From assembly GCA_951406725.2 (NCBI GenBank), contig OX597819.1, forward strand, positions 34,410,001 through 34,474,000: DNA of 64,000 bases. Direction: 5' to 3'. Below the pieces are notes generated by a model. The model made no database searches. It worked only from the letters and a program-made list of their open reading frames with translations, and was not told the DNA's origin. The first letter of the stretch is position 1. The number at the start of each line of letters is the position of its first letter. The stretch is from Octopus vulgaris (taxonomy: Eukaryota). Position numbers and translations under genes: made by a program. Of the stretch, positions 12,859 to 27,435 are shown piece after piece.

Positions 12859-13718
12859 TGAGGGGGTATCCAAAAGTAACTGGAAACATTCTCTGTAAGA
12901 CAAAACCCATGGTTGATCAGGCTTCTGCTGCTAGAAGTCACTTGATGAGACCCTCAGGCATCAGTCTGCTGACCAGCAATGTCTGGTTCTGTTGTACTGT
13001 AACATGGCGCATCTTTGTTTTGCAGTGCTTCTCCCCTGCTGAAACAAAGAGACAGCATGTCCATGAAATTGTTTTCTGCTGGGGAAAATGGCAGCTGAAA
13101 AATTTGTCATGCTTGAAACAGCTTACAAGGCACTACCATGAGCAATACACAAGTTTATAAATGGTCACTTGTCGCTTGGGGACCAACTTCATTCAGGACA
13201 ACTGTCAACCTCCTAAATAAATGAAAGCATCATGAAAATTCATGAACTGATCTAAGAGGACCGTCACCGAACAATTGATGAATTTCATATGACTGGTGTG
13301 TCCTGGAGCACCTGCCAACGAATTTTGAGCAAGAATTTGCAAATGAAAAGAGTTGCAGCAAAATTTGTGCTTCACTTGCTTACGGAAGAACAAAAGCAGT
13401 CACACCTGAATGCATGTCATGAACTGAAACAACAGTTGGAAGTTGATCCAGACCTTTTTCAAAGGTCATCACTGGTGACAAAAGCTGGTGCTATAGAATT
13501 TGCAGGTGTGGAAAAGGTGAAGAAAAAAACATGACAAAGGCATTAAAAGGCTTCACGTCACAAGAGTTCCAGCACTGCTTCAAATTGTGGAAAACACACC
13601 TGAACCAATGCATTGCTTCAAATGGAGAATACTTTGAAGACAATAAAAGTATGAACACGCAAAACTAAGTGAACGAAATAATATTGTAAAATTCCAGTTT
13701 CTTTTGGATACTTCCTCG
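12859..13718 (+). mobile_element. Internally deleted mariner transposon
   Basis: Imperfect TIRs GAGGGGGTATCCAAAAGTAACTGGAA / TTCCAGTTTCTTTTGGATACTTCCTCG+TA. Transposase remnant GVSWSTCQRILSKNLQMKRVAAKFVLHLLTEEQK. Confidence 0.9.
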
Positions 13719-14028
13719 TATATGACATACCATACTCTATCAACAACAGCCACCAAAAGAACAGAGACTCAGCTTGCTGGTATCTCACATTTACACTATA
13801 CTATGGTACTAACCGTTCTCATTATTGCCTATTTCTTCACAGCAGGTAAACAAATAGAAATGCGAAAGATTCAAAGACAACATTGCTTTTTTCATGGCAC
13901 ACAGCAACATCAGTCCATATACTTACTCTAATTAGATTGGAATGAAGAAAAATAAAAGTAAATTGGAAAATAAAATATAGAAAACTGAAAGAAAACTATT
14001 GGATTAAATAGTAATAAGAAACAAGAAA

Positions 14029-14115
<87 letters not shown>

Positions 14116-16019
14116 TATAGACAGATATATAAATACATATAGATAGATGTGTGTGTGTGTGCACGTGAATAGACAATATATACACACACATATATATATA
14201 TACATGGACATATGTATGTGGTGACTATACATACACACATCTATATGCTTGTGTATTGATGGGGAGTAAGTATGTATGTATGTATGTATGTATGTATGTA
14301 TGTATACATATTTATCCCTGTGTGTGTGTGTGTGCACGTGTGTGTGTGTGTGTGTGTGTAATCAAACAAGAATCTCCTAGTATCATATATTGGAAAAGAC
14401 TATGTTTTCTATATTTGTTTCTTGAGAATAAAACCCCCAAAATATATGGAAGTTCTTGGTGAGACTGTTTATCATAACAGCTGCTACAACAGCGAAACTA
14501 TAGCATCAGGTGAACTGAAGATATAACAACAATATTATTATTAAAAAATAGACTATGAAGAAACATTTCCATTTTTAAATGTTATTCTTTGATTCAATTG
14601 TTGTTGTTGTTGCTGCTGCTGATATCTCCTGTTTTCTATTTCAGCATCAAACCAGCCATCTATTCCTAGTTTCAGATACTACAAGAGAATTGTGGCATTA
14701 AATTTAATTTTACTCCTTTCTTCTTTCTTTCAATATTCTTGACTACTTATGCAGCAAAGTGAATAAATCTAATCTTTATATCACAGTTGTTCTACCATAC
14801 ATACTTGATATAAAATTGATGGAGCTTCTACATGGCTCCTTGATCTGCTAGAAATAGCAGCCAATCTCCATAAAATCATACAATACTTTCTTAAGTAAGG
14901 AATAATGGAGTGTTAAGATGCTCTTACAGAGACTCAGAAACACACTGACTCAGACAAACACAGGCTCAGAAATACATGGACTCAGATGCATATATACACA
15001 GAGGCTCTGACACACATTCAGAAACATACACACAAACTCTGACACACACACGGGTTTAGAAACACAAACAGACTCATACACCAGGACTCTGAAACAGTGA
15101 CCATTATCTCAAAAGGTTTGGTTGTGTAGTAAGAAGCTTGCTTCCCAACCACATGGTTCCCACTGGATGGCACCTTGGGCGGGTGCCTTCTACTATAGCC
15201 TAAGGCCCACCAGTGCCTTGGGAATAGATAAGGTGGATGGAAACTGAAAGAAATTCATCATGTGTGTGTGTGTGTGTGTGTGTGCCTGTGTGTGTGTGTC
15301 TGTCTGTCTGTTTGTTCGTCCCCACCACTGCTTGACAACGTCAACCAGTGTTGGTGTGTTTACACCCCTGTAACTTAGTGGCTAGGCAACAGATACTGAT
15401 AGAAGAAGTACAAGGCTTTAAAGAAAAATAAGTACTGGGATTGAGCCATTAGGTTATAAATTCTTCAAGGCGGTACCCCAGCACGGCCACAGTCTAAGGA
15501 CTGAATCGAATAACAGATAAAAGATAAAGATATACATATTTTCACTGTAGACACTCATGATGGTGAATGGCAGAATCAGTAGAGCATCAGAACAAATACT
15601 GTGTGTGGGTTTCATGGCTTCGTGCACTGAGTTTAAATTCTAACAACCAAAATTAGTAAAACCAGTGAAAGTCTAACATAATTCATATTCTGTTACATAC
15701 ATTCAATTTCTTTATCAGAAAATTGCTTCCTCAAGGTTCATAGTCTCACAAACTGTATGGTGGAATCACAAGAGTTGATAGCATCTAAAAAGCACCCACT
15801 ATCCACAGTAAAGTGGTTGGCATTATGAAGAATACCCAGTTGTAGAAACCATGCCAAAGAAGATAGTTGACCACAATGCAGCCCTTGGGCCCATCGGATC
15901 CAGATAGACTGTCCAAAGCATGCAAGCATGAAATATGGATGTTAAAGGATAATGATTATGAGACATACATGCATATGCAATATGCATCTGTGTGTGTGTG
16001 TGTGTGCATGTATAATTAT

Positions 16020-16327
16020 CACGTGATCACGTGACCGACCAGACCATCAGATGTTGCTACACATCGCTGGTCACAATGCGCTTCGCATTGTTTTAGCCTT
16101 AAATGATGCCACCTCGCTGGCTAAGCGAGCAGGCCAACAGAAGAAAGAGTGAGAGAAAGTTGTGGTAAAAGAGTACAGCAGGGATCACCACCATCCCCTG
16201 CCAGAGCCTTGTGGAGCTTTTAGGTGTTTTTGCTCAATAAACACTCACAATGCCCAGTCTGGGAATCGAAACCGCGATCCTACAACCGTAAGTCCACTGC
16301 CCTAACCACTAGGCCATTGCGCCTCCA
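16020..16327 (-). mobile_element. tRNA-derived SINE family C with 13-bp TSD
   Basis: CATGTATAATTAT at 16007-16019 and 16328-16340. Reverse complement of the 33395-33707 element. Confidence 0.9.
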
Positions 16328-16837
16328 CATGTATAATTATATATAACATAAATACACACATACAATATATGCATGTATAAACACATACAGATACCCAAGG
16401 GGTATTCCATTTTCCATCCAACAACTCTTTCCCCTACCTTTATTCTACCTTCCACCACCATCATATCCAATGTTTCCCCCACACACCCAGTAGTCAGTCA
16501 TCCACCACAATAGAATTAAAATTCTAAAACCAAGGTGCTATGTAAAAAGCATTGGTGTAGCTGTTGGTGCAACATAAAAAGCACCCAGTACATTCTGTAA
16601 AGTGGTTGGCATTAGGAAAGGCATCTAGCTGTAGAAGCCAAGCCAAAACAGACTATGGAATTCTGGTAAGGCCCTTGGCTTTGCCAGTTCCTGTCAAGCT
16701 GTCCAATCCATGCCAGCATGGAAAACGGATGTTAAATGATGATTAGGATTATGATGATGAAGATTATGATGATGATGATGATGATGATGATGATATGCTC
16801 ATACACAGCTACATGCACAAGCGGAAGAAAAATGATG

Positions 16838-17800
16838 CAGCTGTGGGGCATAGACTTCCTCTGGGGCACACAGAGACATAACACAAATTTATAAAGGGTT
16901 TTCACTGTAATTTTAACTTGAATAATAAATATTTCAGTTTTTACGTAAGAATATTAATTTTGGATATATTCCTGAAGAACTGCTGAAAGTTGGCAACTCA
17001 GGATAATATTAGGCAATGATTTACAATTGCTATTGGTTTAGATAACAATAAATGCAAAACGATCGTTAAAAATAGCACACAATATTGGTGTTAAATAGTT
17101 TAGTGACTTTTGGAATATGCAAGGGAAGTGAAGATAGATGTTTTTGGCAATTATAGTTTATATAATCAATAAATCTCTCCGTTTATATCCCTGGTGGCTA
17201 AACGGTTAAAAATCAATAATAAGTCATGTGTTAAGAGACCAAACTCAGGCAACATGAATGAAAGAGGTGTTACTCAGCTTGAACCTACAGTCAATTCATT
17301 TTCATGAAAGCAACAAGATGAACAAAGTAAGAAAATAGTAAATAATGAAACTTTTATTGCTTATGGTTTCACTTGGACAGGTGAGATGACTGCACCTAGA
17401 GGACTTTGTATTAAATGTGGAAACATTTAAAATAATTGCATATTAAATCCAGCTGAAGGAAAAGTGACATTTAGAAACTACGTTAAAAAAAAATGCTCCA
17501 GAATATTATGAAAGAAAGATTTTGAAATTTAATTTAACAAGCTACACGTTCATCATTTATGAAAAAAAAAAATTCTTTATTTTCATATTATATTGGCTAC
17601 CAACTTGCAAAAGCAGGTGGCGCAGATACAATTGTAGAAAATTTAAACTTTGTGCAATAGATTTGGTGGAATGCATGGCATGTAAAAAGCACAGCAAAAT
17701 ATAGATAATAAGTCGCTTTTTAATGACACAGATTCAAGATGCTTTTCTATGAAATGTGAAATTTCTGTGAAGTAAGATTGATTTAAAATGTGTTCAACAA
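16838..17800 (+). mobile_element. hAT (Buster/Charlie, ZBED5-like) transposon 5' remnant
   Basis: From ~17343 it translates NETFIAYGFTWTGEMTAPRGLCIKCGNI..NPA..HLET, later AKAGG..TIVENL..CAIDLVECM. This is the BED-finger region typical of Buster-type transposases, with many disruptions. Confidence 0.75.
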
Positions 17801-18794
17801 GTAAGGTTGTGAGGTTAAGGAGTTGGTTTGGCAACCACATGGTCTTGTGTTTAGTCTCACTTCATGGCACTGTGGGCAAGTGTCTTCTACTATATAGTCT
17901 CAGGTTGACTAATGCTTTGTGAGTGAATTCAGCAAATGAAAACTGTGTAGAATCCCATCATATGTGCATGAATGTGTTTATGTGTGTGTCTTTGTGTTTG
18001 TCCCTCACCATTGCTTGACAAGCGGTGTTGGTTTGTTTTTGTTCTTGTAATTTAGCAGTTTGACAAAAGAGACCAATAGAATAAGTACTGACATCAATTT
18101 GCTCGAGTAAGTTGTTCCATGTGATGCCCCAGTGTAGCCATAGACCAGTGAGTGAAACAAATAAAAGATAAACGACAAACGGTTGAGTCAATCAGATACT
18201 GCTGGCTTAATTACTTGGCTTGTTTTTGTTTGCTATAGTTGCAAAGATAGCATAGAAGAAACATTTAAATCTGGCAGCTTTTGGAGAGTTATGCCACAGG
18301 AGAAGCAATATTTAATTTAATTAATTCATTAATGGAAAACAATGAAATTTCAAGAAAACTCTTAAAAATGTAATTGTAGCTAAGGTAGGAAATTTTTCTA
18401 ATTGTTCCAAGAATAAAAAAGAAAATCTTCGTTGTTTCTGGAAGAAAAATAACATATCCCCAAAATTTTTATCTTTTGCCTTCATCATGAAGCACTACCA
18501 GGAAAGCATACATCTCAAGATTTGGAATTCATAGTAAATAACACACAAAGACAAATAAACACGCCATATACATACACATTAGATTCCCATACACTAACAA
18601 AATTCCATGCAAAAGATGTGGATCAATCCAAAATTATGGTAGAAGTCAATTACCCAAGGTGCAATATACTGACTTGGAACTTGAAACAATGTCGTTGCAA
18701 AACAAATTCCTTGACCACACAGTAATGTCTGGGTTTCATATTACATCATGCATTTCAAATATGTAGTATGGTTCCACCATGACACTATTATGTA

Positions 18795-18831
<37 letters not shown>

Positions 18832-19110
18832 GAGAGAGAGAGAGAGCGAGATAGGCAAGGACATTCAAGAGAGAATAGATTGCCCTTTGGCATTCATTTT
18901 GGCTTTCTCTGCTCCGAGTTCCAATATCCAAAACAGATCATTTGCCTTTCATCTTTTCAAGGCTGATAAAGTATCAATTCTTTATTTGTGCGACTTCTCT
19001 CTCTCTCTTTCTCTTTCTCCCTCTCAAAGAAATCAGCTGGGGTCAGAACAGGAGAGGGGTAGGCTCCATTACATCTAAAACTGCACAAGACACACTGTAT
19101 ATCATGATAG

Positions 19111-19340
19111 GCAGCGAGCTGGCAGAAATGTTAGCACGCCGGGCGACATGCTTAGCGGTATTTCGTCTGCCATTACGTTCTGAGTTCAAATTCCGCCGAG
19201 GTCGACTTTGCCTTTCATCCTTTCGGGGTCGATAAATTAAGTACCAATTATGCACTGGGGTCGATGTAATCGACTTAATCCCTTTGTCTGTCCTTGTTTG
19301 TCCCCTCTGTGTTTAGCCCCTTGTGGGTAGTAAAGAAATA
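19111..19340 (+). mobile_element. SINE family B, full length, 15-bp TSD
   Basis: TGTATATCATGATAG at 19096-19110 and 19341-19355. Near-identical to 10287-10514. Confidence 0.92.
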
Positions 19341-20571
19341 TGTATATCATGATAGTGCCTCTACAATTCCATCAGAATTTGAAGGCCAAAAATACACACA
19401 TAAGTACGTATAGACTATTTAACTTATTTCACTTACTGGACAACTACCACCCTCAGGCAGCACCTTTAAAGAGTTTTATTACATCAAAGTTTACCATTTT
19501 GGTACTTATTTTCAAAACTTTGTTGGAGGACAAACAACATCAACTGGATAAAACTGGAATCAACTGGGATAGAACTAAATATCATGCAGTATCCGCCACT
19601 GATATAAAGGGTAAAGACCACCTTTGGTCATGAATGACCATGGGATTGCACAGTCACCCATGCATACCAGCCTCCTCTCTCCATGCTACCAATGTTATCT
19701 AAGGAAAAGGCAAAGACTGTTAAAAATTGACACCAGTGACGTCGCAACTCATTTCTACAGCTGAGTGAACTGAAGTAATGGGAAATAAAGTGTCTTGTCC
19801 AAGAACACAACACAGAACCCAGTCTGGGAAATGAACTCACTACCCCATGACTGTGAGCCTGATGCTCTAACCACTGAGTGATATAGTAACAAAACATAGG
19901 TATTCTATAGGGAGATGTGCAAAGACTGGAAAGAAATGAAGTTATCATACTCCACTGGATCTTAATTACGATCATGCATGAATGATGGAGCACAGATGAG
20001 CTGAGAATGAGCATCAGAGAACCTAGTCTAGGTATACAAGAGAGAGTGTGATGGTAAATACATGTGATGTGTATGAAGTATAACAAACAGTTGGGAGGAA
20101 AATATCAAACAATTTAAGTAGAAGAGAGAGACAGAAGGAGCTGTGGCGAGGTTTGATTTTAAAATACTGGTCCTGGCCCTCACAAAGAAGATGACTAAAA
20201 ACTGCAAGAGACAACATGGAGATATGATGGAACAAAACACTATTTCATGTTGCTCCAGTCCATTCAGCAGGCAAAAATGAGTAAAGACCTGTAATTCAAA
20301 GGGCCAGCTTTGTTACTTTCTGTGTCATACTGAATCTCCCTCAGAACTATGTTAAGGGTTCACGTGTCAGAGAGGAGTGCTCAGCCACTTGCACTTGTTA
20401 ATTTCACAAGCACGCTGTTCTGTTGATTGGATCAACTAGAATCCTCATCATCATAACCAACAGAGTGCCAGTACCATGCTGGAACAGATCTCTCTAACCC
20501 ATGCTACCAAGAGTGAACATGCTGCTGCCACTGCTACTGCAGCTGTTGAAGACAACAACAATAGCAGTGAG

Positions 20572-21232
20572 CAGCGTTTCTCAACCATTTTTTAGCTGTG
20601 GACTCCTTCGTTTCCTATTTTATTCTACTGAACCCTCTTACACATTCATTGTTTTAAAAACATCCTATTATATTTTACGCTCTTTTATCTCTTTTACTTG
20701 TTTCAGTCATTTGACTGTGGCCAAGCTGGAGCACCACTTTTAGTCGAGCAAATTGATCCCAGGACTTATTCTTTTTATGCATAGTACTTATTCTATTGGT
20801 CTCTTTTGCTGAACCGCTAAGTTACGGGGATGTAAACACACCAGCATCGGTTGTCAAGCGATGTTGCGGGGACAAACACATATACACAAACATATGCACA
20901 AACACATACATATATACGACGGGCTTCTTTCAGTTTCCGTCTACCAAATCCACTCACAAGGCTTTGGTCAGCCTGAGGCTATGGTAGAAGACACTTGCCC
21001 ATGGTGTCACGCAGTGGGAATGAACCCAGAACCATGTGGTTGGTATGCAAGCTACTTACCACACAGCCACTCCTACACCTATATGATTAAATATTATTAG
21101 AAACTGTATTAAAAAATTGTTAAAATATTTTGTATATTGTGGAAATATAACCAATTTCTTACATAAAAACTTTAGCAACAAAACCTTATATGGAACCTCA
21201 AGTTTCATGTGGAATTTGTTTGAGAACCACTG
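20572..21232. mobile_element. hAT-type MITE interrupted by a family A SINE (~20680-21080, minus strand)
   Basis: Imperfect TIRs CAGCGTTTCTCAACC / TTTGAGAACCACTG. The nested SINE is the reverse complement of 43988-44450. Confidence 0.65.
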
Positions 21233-21943
21233 TCCTAGAGGCTTCCTACACAGTTTTCTGATTACTTAAAGTAAATCACAAACCTTTGGTCAACCTTGGC
21301 CTACAGTAGAGGTCACTTGCTCAAGGTGATGTACAGTGGGACTGAACTCCAAGCCATATCACTGCAAAGTAAATTCCTTAATCCCACATCATCATCATTT
21401 AACATCCACTCTCCATGCTGGCATGGGTTAGACGTTTTAACTGGGGCTGATAAGCTGGAGAGCTGCACATGGCTCCAGTCTGATTTGGCATGGTTTCTAT
21501 GGCTGGATGCCCTTCCAAATGCCATCCACTCCAGGAGAGTAATGGGTGCTTTTGATTGTCACCGGCACCAGTGCCATTTACATAACACCAGCAATGACCT
21601 TGACAATGATTCACGGCTGCTATTTACATGGTACCAGCAACAAGCACAACCACAACCATGATGCTGGCAGTGACCAAGGTTTGCTAAAATACAGACTTTT
21701 ATATTATTTTCTTATTTTTATCTAATTTCTTTGTTATTTTCAATCGCTACAGAAGAGTTCTTACTTAATTTCATACCTGCCTTCATTGAGGAAACCTATG
21801 ATCAAAGGTATTCCAGCCAAGACTTTCCATCTAAGATTTCATTGTCTAATGGTATCCTTTTTTTAAAACAGTAGGGTGTGCTTTGAGGGAGATTTGATTG
21901 CTATTTCCGGCAGACTAACTATATGGAGGTTCCCTTGTTGACT

Positions 21944-22160
21944 CCCTTTAGCATTTAAACTGGTCGTATCTGGCCAAAATATTCTGTCTGGATTATATTC
22001 AAAACCGGCCAGGTCTGATCTCTCACATCTACCCTACAATGTCATTCGGAATATAAACAATCACATCATCAAAATTTCAAAGCTACGAGATAATGCATGA
22101 TTAATTAAAAACAATGTAAATAAATATTACATTTGACAGAGTAATATGAACGCTAAAGAG
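21944..22160. mobile_element. piggyBac-like MITE, degraded
   Basis: Ends CCCTTTAGCATTT / GAACGCTAAAGAG are imperfect inverted repeats. A related fragment lies at ~24785-24910. Confidence 0.45.
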
Positions 22161-22609
22161 CTTGGAACACCAAAGAACAATGTTGACAATTATCATGTTG
22201 ATCCTTCCATGACATTCACCCCAATATTGGTAAACTAGCATGTTGCTAATAAAATTTGAGGAAGTAATCATCAGTTTTATGAAATATAAAAATACTCATT
22301 AAGAGCGAACAATAACTATGTGCACCTCTGTGTCACTACATGCATTTGTGTGCATTATGCATCTTTGTGCATTGTGCATCTATGTGTGAATGTGCAGCTT
22401 TGCTTATTAATGCATCTCGGTGTATGTGTGTGATTCTGTATGTGCATCTGTTTATGTGTATGGATGTAACAGTATGCAAACAAGTATATCTGTATGTGCA
22501 TATGTATGCATGTTCATTGATACATGTATGACTATATATCTATGTACATGTGTATATCTACCTGTGCATATGCAAGTGTCTATATGTGGGTGTATGTTTA
22601 TATGTGTGT

Positions 22610-22677
<68 letters not shown>

Positions 22678-22817
22678 TACAACTTAGGGTATCTACGAGA
22701 TACCACCATGCTGAAAATAGCAGCCAGTATGTGACTCTAAAACCACCTTAAGTGTTCATATAGCACAAGGAGAGAAGACAAAAAGACAAAATAAAACTAG
22801 TAAAAAATTACTGGATA

Positions 22818-22876
22818 ATTCCAGATCCCGGATTTCTGACTTTGCATTTAGAAATGCTTTGCCTCATCAGTGGAAT
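22818..22876 (-). ncRNA. Type I hammerhead ribozyme (AUC site) in a Penelope-like terminal fragment (~22676-22900)
   Basis: Minus strand reads ATTCCA-CTGATGA-GGC-AAA-GCATTT-CT-AAATGC-AAA-GTC-A-GAAA-TCCGGG-ATC-TGGAAT. Perfect 6-bp stem I, two-part stem II, near-palindromic stem III. Confidence 0.8.
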
Positions 22877-24341
22877 ATACGCAGAGAGAAACATAAATAC
22901 ATGCATATATATATATACAGCATACGAATACTTACATATACAAACTTATACATACATACATATGCATGTATGCAACATGACCAGTTTAAAATGCCCACTT
23001 CTTAATTCCATGTGCGAGATATATATATATGTGTGTGTGTGTGCATATATATATATATATCTGTGCATGCATATGTCTATCAGTGCTTGTGTGCATAGAT
23101 CTGTGTATGTAAGTATGTGAGTGTAATTATCCGTGCATGTGTTTGCATATCGAATCATGTGTGTTAATGTATGTACATATGCATGTCTATCTGTAAAAGT
23201 GTGCATGTGTGTGTATCTGTGTATATGTGTCTGTGTCTATATATGTGTGTACGCATCTGTTTACACGTGCATGTATCTATTTGTGTGTGTGTAAGTGTTT
23301 GTATATGAGTGTATCTATTTGTGCACTTCTGTGTGTTTGAATCAATATGTGCATGTGTGTAAGTATAGCTCATATATGTGTGTGTTTATTTATCTATGTC
23401 TACTTGTATTTATACATGTGTGTGTGTGAGTGCACCTGTGCCTGTATGTGTCTAATCTGCCCATGTATGTGTGTCTATCTGTATATATATATATATATAT
23501 CTATATGTATATATATCTGTTTGTACATGTGTATATGTCTGTTAGAGCACTGTGTGTGTGTGTGTGTGTGTATGTGTGTGTGCATTTATATGTATGTGCA
23601 TGTGCATGTACATGTATGTGCTTCTCCTTTCCTTCTTCTTCTTCTTCCTCTCCCTCTTACTGTAAAACAAATTTAACTGTTATGTCTAAAATAGTATTAA
23701 ATTACTTTCATTAATTTATTTATTCTCTATTTTATGGAAACCCTGATATCATCATTACTGTTATTATCGTTGTTGCTGTCATTCTATTACTATGACAACA
23801 AGGCACTAATGGTCCAAGAGGTGTTATTAATTAACCAACCACTCCCACCCTCTCTCACAAGATCAATACAATCAGTTAACTAAATTTAAAACTAACCACA
23901 AGCAACTACACTAACTATATTCACAGTTCCACACCCTCAGTCCTTGTTCTCATAAAAACTGACAAAGCACTCTTCTTTATATTTCTGTTAAACCACAGGC
24001 CAGTTCTGACTGGGAAAATCTAATCGCAGACACTCACCACTTTCATGGGTGTAAATAGCATTTCTACTATTCTTTTATTCTTTGACTGTTTCAGTCATTT
24101 GACTGCAGCCATGCTGGAGCACCACTTTAAAGGGTTTTAGTCAAAGATATTGACCCTAGGACTTTTTTTGTAAGCCTAGTACTTATTCTAACAGTCCCTT
24201 TTGCCAAATTGTTAAGTTATGGGGATGTAAACACACCAACATCAGTTGTCAAGTGATGGTAGAGGGAACAAAAACACAGACATACATAAATATATATACA
24301 TGCAAATATATGTATATATACATATATATACATATATATAC

Positions 24342-24399
<58 letters not shown>

Positions 24400-24563
24400 A
24401 GTTATAGGCACGACAACACATATATAGCGTGACACATAGAAACACCATCCGAGCGCGCTGCAGCCGCTGCACCTGTGTCGGTGGCACATATACCACACAT
24501 CGGATAAAGGGCATCCAGCTGTAGAACATCAACTGACGCGTAGCCGCTCCAGACTGAATCACA

Positions 24564-24624
<61 letters not shown>

Positions 24625-26609
24625 CAGGTTTCTTTCAGTTTCTGTTTACCAAATCGATTCACAAAGCTTTAGTTGACCCAAGGCTATAGTAAAAGGCACT
24701 TGCCTAAGGTGCCATGCAGTGGGACTGAACCCAGAACCATATAGCCGGGGAGCAAGCTTCTTGCCACACAAGACATATTGTCTTGAATTAATTATGCATT
24801 GTCATGTAGCTTCAAGATTTTGATGAATGACTGTTTTATTTTTAGAGCGACATTGTAGGGTAGGTGCAAGAGGTAGGATCTTGCTGGTTTGGACATAGAA
24901 CAGTTAGATCACATCAATCCTAGTGTTCAAATTGTATTTATTTTATCAACCCAGAAAGGAGGAATGGCAAAGTTGACCTCAGCAGAATTTGACTTCAGAA
25001 TGTAAAATCGGACAAAATGCTACTAAGCATTTTTCCAGCATGCTAACGATTCTGCTACACAAAACACGCGACATATAATAGACAGCCACTAAGATTCTCT
25101 TGAATTTGCAAAGTATTATTTGCAAAGTATACTTAAAGTATTATGTTGCTGGGCCCTAGAATAAATTTCCAATGACATAATGAAGAGGCCTTTATATGAT
25201 TGCTCAACCTATTAGTAATAACAACCAAATTTTATTCATATCACATTTTACCATCCAGTGAAAGGAAGGACACATTGGGTTTCAATGCAGAAAACATTTA
25301 TGCTGTTTTTGCAACCACTAGAAGTAACAACCAATTTTCTTCAAATTACTGGTTCTAAGTGCAGAAAATCTTTGTTGTTGTTCAAACCACTAGAAATAAC
25401 AGCCAAATTTTCTTCAAATCACATTTTACCATGTTATAAAAAGGAAGGACACATAGCATTTGAATGTAGACTTTCTGGAAAACAGAAAAGGGGATTGTCA
25501 TGCAAAGAATGCTTTTGATTATTGGTTTATTCAATCAGAGTTAAACAACAACAACACCTGTTATATTTGGAGTCTAATATGGCCCCTACTGCTATAGTCA
25601 TCTACCAGAATTTACAGACTTGGCTCAACAGGAGATTAGTTGCAAAATCAAAGAAAACATATCCATGCTGATATATTTAACGCTTTAGCATTCAAATTAT
25701 TTCATCAAATGTCAGATCAATTCAGGTGTGGGAGTATGCACCATCACTGAGTGTTGCTGCATTCACCATTTGTGGGTATATTCTCAGGTCCTCCTGAGCA
25801 TCCCATTGAGCAGAGTTTTAATCAGTCTCCATCTCATATGAGAAACTGCATAATCTGCCATGACCATGGCAACATATATACAACAACTTCTTTGAGTTTC
25901 TGTCTACCAAATCCACTCATAGGCTTTGGTCAGCCCGAGGCCATAGTAGAAGGTAATTTGCCCAAGGTGCCACACAGTGGGCCTGAACCCGGAACCATGT
26001 GGTTGGGAAGCAAGCTTCTTACCACACAGCCACTCCTGCATCTATCCACACATCCACTCTTATGCCTATCCACACATCCACTCCTGCACCTATGCCATAT
26101 ACATATATATGTGTGTGTGTGTGTGTGTGCATGTTTTGTTTTGTTTACTTAATTTTTGTATCTGGTTTGCAATATCCTTTAGGTGAATTCATGTGTTGAA
26201 GCAAATTATGCTGTCATTGGCAAAGTCATATTGTTTTAACACCTCGTATTTAACACACTCACCGTCTCAATTTCCACTCATTTATTATTTATATTTTTTC
26301 TTCCAAAATGTTGCAACCTTGTCAATGGATGTTGACTCTCTATGTATGTATGTATGTATTTATGTTTGTAATAATGTAATAATGTATGTAAATATGTATG
26401 TATGTAATAATTTTAAATTTGGGTATACACCTTGTAGTATGCAATTTAAAGCTTGTTCACAGTATTTGGCCACCTGATGTCATCAACAATACAGAGGTAT
26501 ATGCCACTGGATTCACTTCCGGAATTCTATTGTGTCCATAGAGTTTGAAAAATATGAGAAAAAGAAAATGGACTTCATGAGATTCTTTATCATTCACTAT
26601 GATCAACAT

Positions 26610-27140
26610 CATTGTTATTTACAGTCCACTTTCCATGCTGGCATGGGTTGGACGGTTTGACACGGAGCTGGTTAGCAGGAAGCTGTCCACACTACAACTG
26701 TCTGTTGTGACATGGTTTCTATGGCTGGGTGTCCTTCTTTATGCCAGCCACTTAACAGTGTGTGCTGAGTGCTTTTTATGTGTCATTGGTATGCTTTACA
26801 AGTGGCACTGCCACCTGAAAGAACAAGCCTGTATGTGTGGAAGACAGCGATTTTACTTAGCTTCATGCATCTTACCAAGTACTGCAAATCACCACATTTA
26901 CTAAATGTAGCGATATGAAACAAGATGTGGCAATATGAAACAATAAACCAATATGACTTTGCCAGAGACATCTACCAGTCCCTCATTTCCTCAGTGAGGC
27001 TCAGCATCTGAAGATCTTTGCTCACCACTTCATCCCACATCTTCCTGGGTCTACCTCATCCATAGGTTCCCTCCACAATTAATGCTCAGCACTTCTTTAT
27101 ACTGTCCTCATCCATGCACATCACATGACCAAACCATGCA
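26610..27140 (-). mobile_element. RTE 3' fragment (ORF2 C-terminus plus UTR)
   Basis: Minus strand encodes degraded WFGHV..GRPRKMWDEVVSKDL, homologous to the C-termini of the long RTEs. Confidence 0.8.
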
Positions 27141-27214
27141 ATGTGTATCATAGTGAATAATAAAGATTCTTGTGAATTCCGTTTTATCTATCTCATATTA
27201 TATATACGTATATA

Positions 27215-27269
<55 letters not shown>

Positions 27270-27389
27270 TATGTATGTATATACATATATGTGAGTGTAT
27301 ATATATATGTACATGTGTATGTATGGTATGATTTAGATGTCTAGAGTGATGAAGTAGACAACAATATACAGTATCAACTACATTCATAT

Positions 27390-27435
<46 letters not shown>

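Noticed and set aside
16966-17005. CTGAAGA-ACTGCT-GAAA-GTTGGCAAC-TC hammerhead-like motif
   Set aside because: Stem III is good, but there is essentially no stem II and stem I needs a bulge at the cleavage site. It lies in a hAT relic and is probably chance.
24405-24565. Odd GC-rich island within (TA)n
   Set aside because: It resembles a scrambled RTE 3' UTR (AGGGCATCCAGCTGTAGAA, CACCTGTGTCGGTGGCACAT). It is likely a degraded copy or a low-quality consensus.
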